A stretch of DNA of 61,237 bases, the filler included, from Sphacelaria rigidula (Eukaryota), in the NCBI GenBank assembly GCA_964200075.2. It is 5 parts of 5 records of this genome, joined end to end, with 100 filler letters (N's around TTAATTAATTAA, not from the genome) between each part and the next. Parts side by side here need not be neighbours in the genome. Positions count along the whole stretch, not along the records: positions 1 to 12,169 come from CAXNAA020004055.1; 4 more parts are not named here. One strand, written 5' to 3'. A program made the translations under genes and the position numbers. Below the pieces are notes generated by a model. The model was not told where the DNA came from. It searched no databases and saw only the letters and a program-made list of their open reading frames with translations. Shown piece after piece: positions 1-8,968 of the stretch (the stretch's first letter is position 1; every line of letters starts with the position of its first letter).

Positions 1-129
1 GTATTTCTTCTTTTACTCCGCTCCTTCCGCGTTGAAGATTTCATATCTGCTCGGCTATCATCAGCGTAGAAACCCTCAAGTGAGGACGTCGAACGAGAGA
101 ATATTGTACAAAGCTGTCAAGAACGTGAG

Positions 130-221
130 TTGTGACGGTTTAAGAGATAACCAACTAGACTACTGACCGGTCAGCGCTGACCGGTCAGAAGTCTAGTTGG
201 TTATCTCTTAAACCGTCACAA
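130..221. repeat. 92-bp near-perfect palindrome (one mismatch) built from a tRNA-like 5' half
   Basis: ttgtgacggtttaagagataaccaactagac-ta-ctgaccggtcagc|gctgaccggtcag-aa-gtctagttggttatctcttaaaccgtcacaa. Centre is 175/176; the only mismatch is 162/189. Confidence 0.95.
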
Positions 222-252
222 AATTTAGCTGGTTCGATTCCCGTCGGACGCA
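183..252 (+). ncRNA. tRNA-derived (pseudo-tRNA / SINE head) Pol III-type sequence
   Basis: A-box-like AGTCTAGTTGGTTA (190-203), possible GTC anticodon loop (ccgtcac), and B-box GGTTCGATTCC (231-241). Stems pair poorly, so it is not called a functional tRNA. Confidence 0.55.
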
Positions 253-556
253 CTTTCTTCGAAGAAAAAAGAGGAGAGAAAGCCTCTGTAAAAATTTGGC
301 CCAAAGAAAAAGGGTGGGGTGTAGCCTGGTGGCTATGTTTGGAGTCTGCTGCTAAGGACCCCAGTGCACACACTCTGGAAATGCGTGGGGGAGACAAGGA
401 CCTCTACGGTACGATGAGAAGTGACGATACCAGAGGTTCTGACTGCAGTCGATAGAGCGCTGGCAAGGGGAGTCGCCCTCCTCGGAGTGAAAGCGAGGGG
501 GAGCAGACTACTGACCAGTCAAAGAGATAGCCAACTAGACTACTGACAACTCAGCG

Positions 557-1207
557 TCGACGTCAGGCGACTCCATTCGAGTCAACGGAGGATACAGGCT
601 ATTCAATATCCCCAAATTTAAGCGAGACCAGAAAGCGAAGAACGACCACACCCCAGAAACGGAGCGAGAAAAGACGAACTACATCTATGCGAGAGTGTCT
701 TCTGCCAAACAATCCGAGGACCTCAGGAGACAACCGAGAGACCTTGAGGCATCCTACCCTGGGTTTCAAGTACTATCTGACACGGGATCCGGGATCAACT
801 TCAAACGGAAAGGCTTCAAAAGGCTTCTTCAAGCGATCATGCGTGGACACGTCGGAATGGTTGTGGTATCCTACCGAGACAGGTTGTGCAGAATTGCTTT
901 TGACCTCCTCCAATTCATCTGTGACCAGCACCAGACTCAACTCTTGGTTCACAACAAGAACACGGAAGGATCCGACGAGAAGGAGCTCCTGGAGGACCTC
1001 ATGGCCATCACCCACGTTTTCAGTTCCAGGCTCTATTGAAAAAAATCAAGTCTCTCGGGGACACGCAATTCAAAAAAGCGCAAAGAACACGACAACGACC
1101 AAACTACTCATCACACAACTCAAGCTCATAATGATAAGCGGATGCGATCAGAATCTGGAGAAAGAAGTCCTTCAACAGATCTGCTGCAGGATGGACAAGC
1201 TCCGTGA
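557..1207 (+). pseudogene. tnpA: IS607-family TnpA serine recombinase, 5'-truncated, premature stop at 1037-1039
   Basis: The frame of ORF 695..1039 reads upstream as ...IRVNGGYRLF...YIYARVSSAKQSEDLRRQ (catalytic Ser motif plus remnant of the MerR-like wing). It continues with DTGSGINFKRKG, VVSYRDRL and EDLMAITHVFSSRLY*KKS, where the family consensus is LYG. No ATG was found upstream in the part of the frame read (539-695). The frame runs on to the next stop at 1205-1207. Confidence 0.88.
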
Positions 1208-2453
1208 ATTTCGAGAGTCAACAGGGGCTCTTTCTAAAACTCAGCCGAAGCAATTGGAAAGTCTCGAAGAGGCAATCCAGCTCTTCGAGTCGGGTGGGAC
1301 TATCGCAGAAGACTTGGTGGATCTACTCAAGCTACAGGAAGAACTGACAACGAACCTCGCGGAAAAAAACGTGACTACCGAAAAGCACGTGAAGAGAGCC
1401 AAGAGGATAAGAATCGTGCACGTAGATGCAAAGACAAAACAGACTCTCAGAAAGTACATGACCGCTTCGAGAAAGATTTTCAACACGGCATTGGACCTCC
1501 ATAACAAGGGTCTCCGGGGAGAAGAGCTGAGGAAGAAATGCGTGAGGGGTAAATTCATCCACGAAATGCTGAGAGGAATCCCGGAACATGTTCGTCAAAA
1601 AGCTTTCGACAAATTTTGTTCCTCGATGAAAAGCAGCGAGGAGCTAGGAGGCGCACTGTCTTTCATATCCAGGAACAAAAACGAATCATGGGTCGGTTTC
1701 CAGAAAAGGGATTGCAAGATCAAGGACGCTACCACGATAAACCTTGGTATCAGCTTGTCCGAGAAAGTAGATGACGATATACAGTGCGACATAGAGGTAA
1801 CTGAGTCTTTCGGAGTGTTCTACGCTACCATCACGCAAAACAGGGTTCATCTTCCTGAACTCCCCCCGGACATCTTGACGTCAAGGATTTGCGCTCTTGA
1901 CATGGGTGAGAGAACGTTCGGTACCCTGTACGATCCCGACGGTACGATAGCCTTTCTCGGCACGGATGTAAACTCCAAGATGAAGAATCGTCTGCGGGTT
2001 ATCTACAAGAAGAGGAAGGGTTTGAAGACTAAGCTCTCCTACAAGAAGAGATCCAGAGTCCTCCGTGCGTGTAGGAGAGCGTCTACAAAGTTGAAGAACA
2101 TGATCAAGGATATGCACCGTAGAGTCGCAGATTGGCTAGTTCTCAATCATGACGTTGTTTTGATCGGTAAGCTCGGTATTGGTGTAATGAAGTGTAAACG
2201 TAAGGGTAAGCGGGTTCTCCAGAGTCTATCCCACTACTCTTTCCGACGCACGCTTCTTCAAAAAGCTACCTTCGCAAGGAAAGTCGTACGGGTTGTTTCA
2301 GAAGCTTACACCACGAAGCAGTGTAATCGGTGCGGTTATATGAACTGGACCATCGGGCCCAGTGAAGTTTTTTCCTGTAAGAACTGCGGTACGGTATGTC
2401 ACAGAGATGTGCACTCCGGTCGTGGTATCTTCATAACGAGTTTGAGCGAGTGA
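1035..2453 (+). CDS. Fanzor2 / TnpB-like RNA-guided endonuclease (IS607-associated)
   Basis: N-terminal RAKRIRI...SRKIFNTAL; RuvC-I CALDMGERTF; Gly at the canonical RuvC-II position (VLIGKL) with alternative Glu in VSEAYTTKQC; Zn ribbon CNRC...CKNC; RuvC-III HRDVHSGRGI. The inferred ancestral start is 1035 (now ATT); in-frame ATGs at 1131 and 1191 remain. Confidence 0.92.
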   Translation: MEKNQVSRGHAIQKSAKNTTTTKLLITQLKLIMISGCDQNLEKEVLQQICCRMDKLREFRESTGALSKTQPKQLESLEEAIQLFESGGTIAEDLVDLLKLQEELTTNLAEKNVTTEKHVKRAKRIRIVHVDAKTKQTLRKYMTASRKIFNTALDLHNKGLRGEELRKKCVRGKFIHEMLRGIPEHVRQKAFDKFCSSMKSSEELGGALSFISRNKNESWVGFQKRDCKIKDATTINLGISLSEKVDDDIQCDIEVTESFGVFYATITQNRVHLPELPPDILTSRICALDMGERTFGTLYDPDGTIAFLGTDVNSKMKNRLRVIYKKRKGLKTKLSYKKRSRVLRACRRASTKLKNMIKDMHRRVADWLVLNHDVVLIGKLGIGVMKCKRKGKRVLQSLSHYSFRRTLLQKATFARKVVRVVSEAYTTKQCNRCGYMNWTIGPSEVFSCKNCGTVCHRDVHSGRGIFITSLSE

Positions 2454-2593
2454 CGTGGAAACTGCTCGGGAACAGGTTTTTCCCTTAAAAAATTTACCCT
2501 AATGGTAAGGAACAAGAGCTCAACTCTTGGATCAATTCTTGACATTTGCAGAGACTGAAAATTTCTCTTACAATGATACGGTATTGTGAACGG
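2454..2593 (+). ncRNA. Candidate Fanzor2 omegaRNA scaffold / IS607 right end
   Basis: Consecutive stems directly after the stop: gggaa/ttccc (2468-2484), ttacc/ggtaa (2494-2508), caagag/ctcttg (2513-2529), agaga/tctct (2550-2568), acaat/attgt (2570-2587). The position is the one expected for TnpB/Fanzor ncRNA; the 3' boundary is inferred. Confidence 0.6.
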
Positions 2594-2825
2594 TAGTGTG
2601 TGATTGTTAAGACCTAGAACCAGTGCCACCTGGAGTACACGATCAAAATGCGCGCGTCAGACATGTGCTGCGATTGTTTAGGCCGCGCCATCTGCATGTA
2701 CGCGGAGCTATTGTTTGGTCGAGAGCCCGATGTTGTCGATTTAGCGTGTTTGCCAGACGCAGGCTAGGCTCACGCGTCCTGCACGACAATCTTTGCACCA
2801 ATGCGCGCGTTTGCTGTTACAAAAA

Positions 2826-3767
2826 ATGTATAAACCACATATCAAGATATCTTCGACGCTTTTCGCTTCAGAAATCTCTGCATGCGTAGGTATGAACAAG
2901 TACAAGTCTGTCGAGGATGCTAAGATGGACGTTTGGAAGAGGTGGGACCCGCCATCGTTCCGCGAGGCATCTAAACGCAATTTCATCGTAGCACACAAAA
3001 CGCCCGAGGAAGTATTCGCTTCTATCGGACCCAGCGCCCAAAAACTTGTGTCTCGCGCTATTTCGTCGGAAACCGAAAAGGCAGCGACCGAAATTGTCGA
3101 GGTGGTCATCAACGAAAAAACCAACGATGTTGTTGCGCCTGAAGCCGTTCAAGCAATCTTGAAGGCCGCGTCGGATAAAAAGCCGGTCGACGAAGCCTGT
3201 CGCAAACTGGTTGGTGCGCCCAAGATTGCTGACACCCTGAATAAATCGCTGACCGCGGACTCAAGCGCCGCCGACGTCAAGCGCGTTATCGACAGTGTTT
3301 TGGTCAAGGATTTGGAAGAGGCCAGGGAGTCTGTCGTCCACCAAGTCAACACGATGCGCGGCACACAAAACGAGCACAAGGGCATCGCGTCGTACGAGAA
3401 AGCCAAGCGCGTCAAGCTGCATGGAAAAAATACACAATTTCACATTAAGCGCATCGGAGAGACCAGCACCAGAACCAAAGTGAACGTGGGGGGCAGAGTC
3501 GACGGATTGACTAATGACAAAGTCATTGAAGTGAAGTCTCGAAGGCATCGATTCTTTAGCACGCTCCCCCTATATGAAAAAGTGCAGGTTCAGGCCTACA
3601 TGTTTCTCACAGACAAACCCATTGCGGAGGTGGTGCAGAAATACGATGGAATGATGCGCTCGGACGAGTACGTGGCTGATACCGAGTTCTGGGCGGAGGT
3701 TTGTGCTGCGGCGCTCAAATTTGCGTCGGAACTAGAGAACTTGATTGATGCTCATCCGATTCCTTAA
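2826..3767 (+). CDS. YqaJ-like / lambda-exonuclease-type PD-(D/E)xK nuclease, NCLDV type
   Basis: FASEISACVGMNKY, RGTQNE, GGRVDG, IEVKSR and YEKVQVQAYM motifs; intron-less; ATG at 2826. Confidence 0.85.
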   Translation: MYKPHIKISSTLFASEISACVGMNKYKSVEDAKMDVWKRWDPPSFREASKRNFIVAHKTPEEVFASIGPSAQKLVSRAISSETEKAATEIVEVVINEKTNDVVAPEAVQAILKAASDKKPVDEACRKLVGAPKIADTLNKSLTADSSAADVKRVIDSVLVKDLEEARESVVHQVNTMRGTQNEHKGIASYEKAKRVKLHGKNTQFHIKRIGETSTRTKVNVGGRVDGLTNDKVIEVKSRRHRFFSTLPLYEKVQVQAYMFLTDKPIAEVVQKYDGMMRSDEYVADTEFWAEVCAAALKFASELENLIDAHPIP

Positions 3768-3824
3768 CTGGAAAGAATGAGCGTACACCAGACACACAGA
3801 CACACACACGCACACACATCCAAA

Positions 3825-4961
3825 ATGCTCGCCGACGTGAACATCGACCTCGTGACTACCTTTCTCTCCGATGCCAAGTCGATGGCTGGATTCGCGAGAG
3901 CGTCCCGACACTCAAAAGGTGTCGTCTACGCCAACATCCCGGCCGCTATCGAAAGAGCCAAACAGAACATGACCGAATACCAGAAAGAAACCCTATGCAA
4001 TCTCGGTCAGAACCCGGGCATCGAACACCTGAAGGCTATTGCCGAGCGCAAGTGCATCGCCTGTAGAAAGAGTTACAAGGGAGGAATTCGTGCGCCCTGG
4101 GGTATCCCCGCTCACCCGGACTGCACGAAGGGCCTTGAGGTTAACGTGTGGTACGTGAGCGCCGGGATTCCGACCGAGCTCATGCCTCTCGTCCGGTCGA
4201 CGATATCGGTCAATGTCAGAGATGGATACAGCTCGTACCACGGTCAGTACAGCTACGAGACAGTGATCCCCAGAGCCATCCCCGGCGTCATCCCGAACCA
4301 CATGACACTCGCGTACTTCCGAACGGGGCACGCCAACGAGGTCAACGCTTGGCTGGAGAGAGTTCGCCAAGAAAAACACGCTCAACAAGAGAAGCGCAAG
4401 CGAGCGGCATCGGAACAGAGGAACGCGCGCCAGAAGAAACAGAAGGTCGTAACCGAACAGAGGAGGGCATCGATCGAGGGCATCGTGAACACTTCGTATC
4501 TAAAGTGGATGCGCACAGTGCCGAAGAGCGCGAAGAAGTACGTGTCGAAACTTTCCGCGGAGGAAAGCGTGGCCGCGGTGGTCGTCGTCGGCAACAACGC
4601 AGATCTCTCCGAAGAGATACACGAGATAATGTTATCACCCGAGTATTTAAGGCCATGCACGGCAGAGTTGGAGGCGGCATACGCGTTGATTCGAAGAGTC
4701 GGAGATGAAGCGATAACTCTGCTTCGCCAACACCGCTCTTTTCGCGCCGTCCGCACGGCCATCGTCTCACGCGAAGAAGAAGAGCAGGTCAGGGAGGCCA
4801 GAGCCATGGTTCGAGAGGACAAGTACCCTCTGAAACAGCCCGGGGACACGGGAAGGATATGCCAATGTGGTCAGACGACCGCGCGTGATTGCGTTTTCAA
4901 CATGTGCTCCGGGTGTTGCCCGATGATAACGTGTGAGAGGCACTCGCGGGAGCGGTGGTAA
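3825..4961 (+). CDS. Viral-type hypothetical protein: F-box-like N-terminus, CxxC..H..C motif, basic coiled coil, C-terminal Cys-rich finger
   Basis: MLADVNIDLVTTFLSDAKSMAGFARASR is F-box-like; CIACRK...AHPDC; KRKR NLS-like stretch; C-terminal CQCGQTTARDCVFNMCSGCC...CERH. Confidence 0.7.
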   Translation: MLADVNIDLVTTFLSDAKSMAGFARASRHSKGVVYANIPAAIERAKQNMTEYQKETLCNLGQNPGIEHLKAIAERKCIACRKSYKGGIRAPWGIPAHPDCTKGLEVNVWYVSAGIPTELMPLVRSTISVNVRDGYSSYHGQYSYETVIPRAIPGVIPNHMTLAYFRTGHANEVNAWLERVRQEKHAQQEKRKRAASEQRNARQKKQKVVTEQRRASIEGIVNTSYLKWMRTVPKSAKKYVSKLSAEESVAAVVVVGNNADLSEEIHEIMLSPEYLRPCTAELEAAYALIRRVGDEAITLLRQHRSFRAVRTAIVSREEEEQVREARAMVREDKYPLKQPGDTGRICQCGQTTARDCVFNMCSGCCPMITCERHSRERW

Positions 4962-5065
4962 TCAAATGTTGAACAGAAACATTCTAACACGGAAACTTTT
5001 GAACGCATAAACGCGGGGCGCCCCGACACTTGGTTACGCCGGCACACACACACCTTCGATCGATC

Positions 5066-5380
5066 ATGAAACACTCAAGTGGAGGCGACGGGAGGTTTTC
5101 TGCGGCGGCGGCGATGGCTCTGGATGAGCGCGAGATGAAAGCCAAGCAACAAACCGAGCAACACGGTCAACACATCTTCCACCAAAAACACCTCGATGCG
5201 GAGCAAGCATTTCTGGACGGGCTCCTCCGCATGTATTTGGACCAAAAAGAACGCGTGGAGCAACTTCTCCCTGTTCGGCAACTGATGGAAAAGTTTTTAC
5301 TGGACGACAAGCATCAGGTTGAACAAATTAGGCTCGAGGAGCAAAGAAGGGAGTCGGAGTATCAGGATGGTAGAAAGTAG
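5066..5380 (+). CDS. Small hypothetical helical protein
   Basis: 104-aa ORF from ATG 5066, charged and helical in composition, co-oriented with the viral-type genes. Confidence 0.5.
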   Translation: MKHSSGGDGRFSAAAAMALDEREMKAKQQTEQHGQHIFHQKHLDAEQAFLDGLLRMYLDQKERVEQLLPVRQLMEKFLLDDKHQVEQIRLEEQRRESEYQDGRK

Positions 5381-5459
5381 CGCCGACTGACATTGTGGGC
5401 TCACTGCCGTCAACTTAGTGCAAGGCACGGAATTCGAACAGTGAAATACGAAAAAATCT

Positions 5460-7750
5460 CTAAAACCAATTCTGATCAAGCAAAAGTCCGAAACCACATA
5501 TACCGATGTTTGTCGATCCTATATCATCGCGATCCATCTCGAACTCTGATGTCAGAGGATGAAGTCTACAGGATTCTCCCGGAGATCCGACCTTAAAGTT
5601 TTTGCAACTCCGGATTCTCCGTTCTTTGTCCTCAACCGTATCCTCGAAACACCCCGGGCACTTCTTGGAAGTGTTGTGTTCGTCTACCATCAAAACGACA
5701 CCTCTGCTTGCCATCTCTCTGATCTTGGCTTTCCTTGGAGCCGACGCTCTTCCCTTCTTAGCAGAGAAGGACGCTTTACCGAACAACATGACCCTGCACG
5801 CCTCTCCTACATTTCCCATGTACTGATCGGCTATCTTAGCAAGTGTCTTCTGAGTAGCTCTGAAGCGTGAAAACCGCAAAATCTTTCGTTCCTTCTGTAG
5901 CGTCTCCTGAAAAACAACCGATCCATTTCTGGACCAGCTTTTGCAGTACTGGATGAACAAGGTGAGACAGGAAGTCCTTTTCTTGTTGTTCCTCAGACGA
6001 TCGATAGCTTCCCCGTATGACCGACCCCTCCTTCTGAAAGTCTCGTACTCGTCCGAACGCGATGCACGTGTGTCTCTACGGTAGTCGTCCCCGAACACAC
6101 AAGTCGAAGTTGACAGAATATCCTTCGGATCTTTCCTTGCCCAAACATCGGACATTGCCGAAGAAACGTTGATGACTTTGGCCTGTCCGGGGTCCGCGGG
6201 CATCACGACGAGATCTACCGGTATGCTAGCAGAAGTGGTGACGCTCGAAATATTGTACACGCCTCTCCCCTCTCTGAGTAGATCTTCCAACGGAACACCA
6301 GCCCGAGGCAACTTGTTGTACCCCGCATTGTTCAGCTCACTGGACCCGGGAGATGCCTTCCGTTTGTGTTCAAGGGTTAGAAGGAGTAGTTTGATCTGAA
6401 CACCGTCCGTCAAAAAGCTTTCGCCGACCATCCACGGGCATTTATCCGGACCATCTTCTAACAGACTCGACAGATACCCCTGTTCGTTCGACGCGTACTT
6501 GGTATTCTCCTCGCTCCTGAGGCACTTGATATTGGCCTCTTTCGAGAAGGGTTGAAGGACATTGTTGTACCACCAAGCATCATTGGAATGCCAAAACCCC
6601 CATGACTGGAGCGTTTTCACATCGATCCGGATGAAAACCGAACCCGTTGAACAGATGGGGAGCACGGCGGTGTCTTTCGGAGGGGCGTAAGTGTTCTCCT
6701 CTCCCAGTTCGTTGTTCATGTACTCGTATGTCTTCTTTCGGGACTCCCTGTCTTCACCGGGGGAGAACGAGTGAGCTCGAGACACGACCTCCTCGTACCT
6801 CCGTCGAGATTCAGCCACGTACGTTTTGAACATCCAGTTCAAATGTGTGATCTTCGGTACACACGCTTTGTCGGCGGAAACTCGATCGAAAACTCCCTCT
6901 CTTTTCGGGCAAACTCGATGATACAAGCGGTATCCGTGTCGGGGTCCACTTCCAGCGCCATTTTACGGACGTCCTCTTCTTTCTCGATCGTGCCGTCGAA
7001 GTCAACGATGATCTTCTTTGCAAGGCGGTAGAGTTTCGTCACGTACTTCTTGTACGCCAGATCTCCCCTGGACATCAATCCCCGCAGAAACCATCTCGTG
7101 ACCACGATCCTCCTCTTTTCGGTGTGGTGTTCAGCACGGGTTGATGTCGAGGTGGCCATAGAAATGGCCTCGTATCTTCGAACCTGAGAAAGACCGAGCT
7201 TTTTGGGTGGCTCAAGTCGTGCGAGTCCCATCAGCGCAGAAAAACGGTCGAAGTCCTCGTTGAGGCCCCCTCCGGCACTCTTGATGCATGATGACAAGCA
7301 AGAATTGTAAAAGTTCTCATCTGGCTCGGGGATGGTTGATCCATCTCGAAGGCGTTCCATGAACACGAAGTTTGCGAAAAGCGAGGCCAGCACTCTTTCC
7401 CTGGAAAAGTGATAGACCGCCTCGTCGACTTTCTTCTGGAAGGTGTAGCGGTTTTCATCTGCTGTTGCTGACTGGAAGCCAGCACTCACCGTCCTCGTTC
7501 GCAAAAGCTGAGAGACTTGTTCTCCGAATCGCACTTTAGAGAAGAGCCGGCAGCAGTTAGTGCCCTTGTACGTCCGAGGTAGATTCCCTGACGCGGGGAG
7601 GTACTTCCCGGGGTAGAGCCTTCCCACAGTTTGTAGAAAGTCCGGGATGGTCTTCGGGGATGTCTTCCTTGGTGTTGCCCTTTTCCGATTTTTCTTCTCG
7701 CGTGGATTTCCATCCGAAGATAGCTGTACTATGATGAATTGTGAGCTCAT
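5460..7750 (-). pseudogene. Fanzor1 RNA-guided endonuclease (~760 aa) split by one frameshift near 6890
   Basis: Overlapping ORFs 6839..7765 and 5460..6926. The C-terminal half has FLTDGVQI, RuvC-I ADPGQ, LFGKASF..KKGRASAP, VDEHNTSKKCPGC and RDDIGSTNI, all typical Fanzor1 motifs. Adding one T to the T4 run (plus-strand A4 at 6889-6892) fuses the frames. Confidence 0.88.
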
Positions 7751-7861
7751 GTGCGAGGTTTCCACGTCCCAAGTTTTGGGGAAACTTTGGTCATTCGTTT
7801 TCGGTTACAAGCTACGCGGAAGGATATGATTGGCCAGACTGGTGTGCGGGGTATGTGCGCG

Positions 7862-8968
7862 TCATCGACGAAAGAACAAATTCGTCGTGTCTGTAAAATC
7901 AGAGTTTAGGTGCCGACATTTCGGGGGTAAGTGACATGACCAACGGCTCTGCTTTGACTTCAACACTGGTTTAGAGTGAGACTTTGTCGAAACAATTTTG
8001 ACGTTGCGAAGGATGTGTGTCACGTACGTGTCAAGTGTGTAAATGTAAGATGGTTCCTTTATCTTTCTCTGTAACCGCAGCGTGATCGTGTCGAGCAGAA
8101 CTGTTGCCTCTACTTCCTGTATGTAGAGAGCAGGGGTTCTTGCGTGGGCTTTTTCAAGCTTGATGTTTGATTTAAGTCGTTTGAAACTCTCCTCCACTCG
8201 CCACCTCGTTGCGTACATGGCTTTCACGTCTTTGCGAGACAGCGACGGGTCATCCGTGAGGCAAACATACGTTTTTCCGTTTATGAAGTACTTCAAGAGA
8301 CGTGCCTTCACACCAGGTATAAGGCAGGTCGCTTCTGTTTTCCACGAGTTGAAGAAAGACCGGGTCCCCCGAAACGCGTTTATCTCCACCCTTTTCACAC
8401 CAAATGCTCGTGAATCGTTAACACTGCGTAGTAAAGCTTTGGAGTAGTAGCCCCGGTCAAACACCAATGTGTCAGCTTTCCGTACACTCCGAAGCATCGA
8501 CGCGGCTGCTCTTCTCTCGTTAAAGTGTTTCGTGAGCTCAAAGTCCACACAAGCTCTACTATTTACGTCCACCATCGAAGAGAGCATGACGAGAGGTCTT
8601 TTTGCAGGTCGCGGCACAGGCTTGTCGTTCGTTCTGGTCTTGTAACCAGCGCCGATGAAGGAAGGGTGAACATGTACCTTTGAACCATCCACGGCAAAAA
8701 CACGTGGTTCATGTGGTCCTCGGTGTAAAAAACGATTCACCTCCTTGAAAGCCCCCTGTGGAAGTTTCTTCCTGGCCAGGTGAACCGCCTGTGACGAATA
8801 TTGTTCATCATCCATTCTCATAATATGACCGACACCTCTCCCTTGAATACAGCACTTGATGATGGTGTAGAACAGGGAAGGCGTGTCTAGTTTGCGGCGC
8901 CTTTGTATCCATTGTTCGTCGCATTTTTTGAAGGCGTCATATATTTCGTCGTGAGTCGAGTAAGTCAT
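7862..8968 (-). CDS. IS4-family DDE transposase
   Basis: VFAVDGS (D), LVFDRGYYS (D), YATRWRVEESFKRLK (IS4 YREK signature); uninterrupted 368-aa ORF. Confidence 0.93.
   Translation of the reverse strand: MTYSTHDEIYDAFKKCDEQWIQRRRKLDTPSLFYTIIKCCIQGRGVGHIMRMDDEQYSSQAVHLARKKLPQGAFKEVNRFLHRGPHEPRVFAVDGSKVHVHPSFIGAGYKTRTNDKPVPRPAKRPLVMLSSMVDVNSRACVDFELTKHFNERRAAASMLRSVRKADTLVFDRGYYSKALLRSVNDSRAFGVKRVEINAFRGTRSFFNSWKTEATCLIPGVKARLLKYFINGKTYVCLTDDPSLSRKDVKAMYATRWRVEESFKRLKSNIKLEKAHARTPALYIQEVEATVLLDTITLRLQRKIKEPSYIYTLDTYVTHILRNVKIVSTKSHSKPVLKSKQSRWSCHLPPKCRHLNSDFTDTTNLFFRR

Noticed and set aside
39-83. ISVETLK as the displaced HTH of TnpA
   Set aside because: The match is only a few residues, is followed directly by a stop, and has no start codon or TSD support.
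183-252. Functional tRNA-Asp(GTC)
   Set aside because: A and B boxes are present but the acceptor and anticodon stems do not pair convincingly.
687-1034. N-terminal 116 aa of the 588-aa ORF as part of Fanzor2
   Set aside because: It is the alternative frame of TnpA and has no Fanzor-like features; the inferred start is 1035 or later.
6885-6910. Programmed -1 ribosomal frameshift in Fanzor1
   Set aside because: No canonical slippery heptamer; a single-base deletion or sequencing error is simpler.
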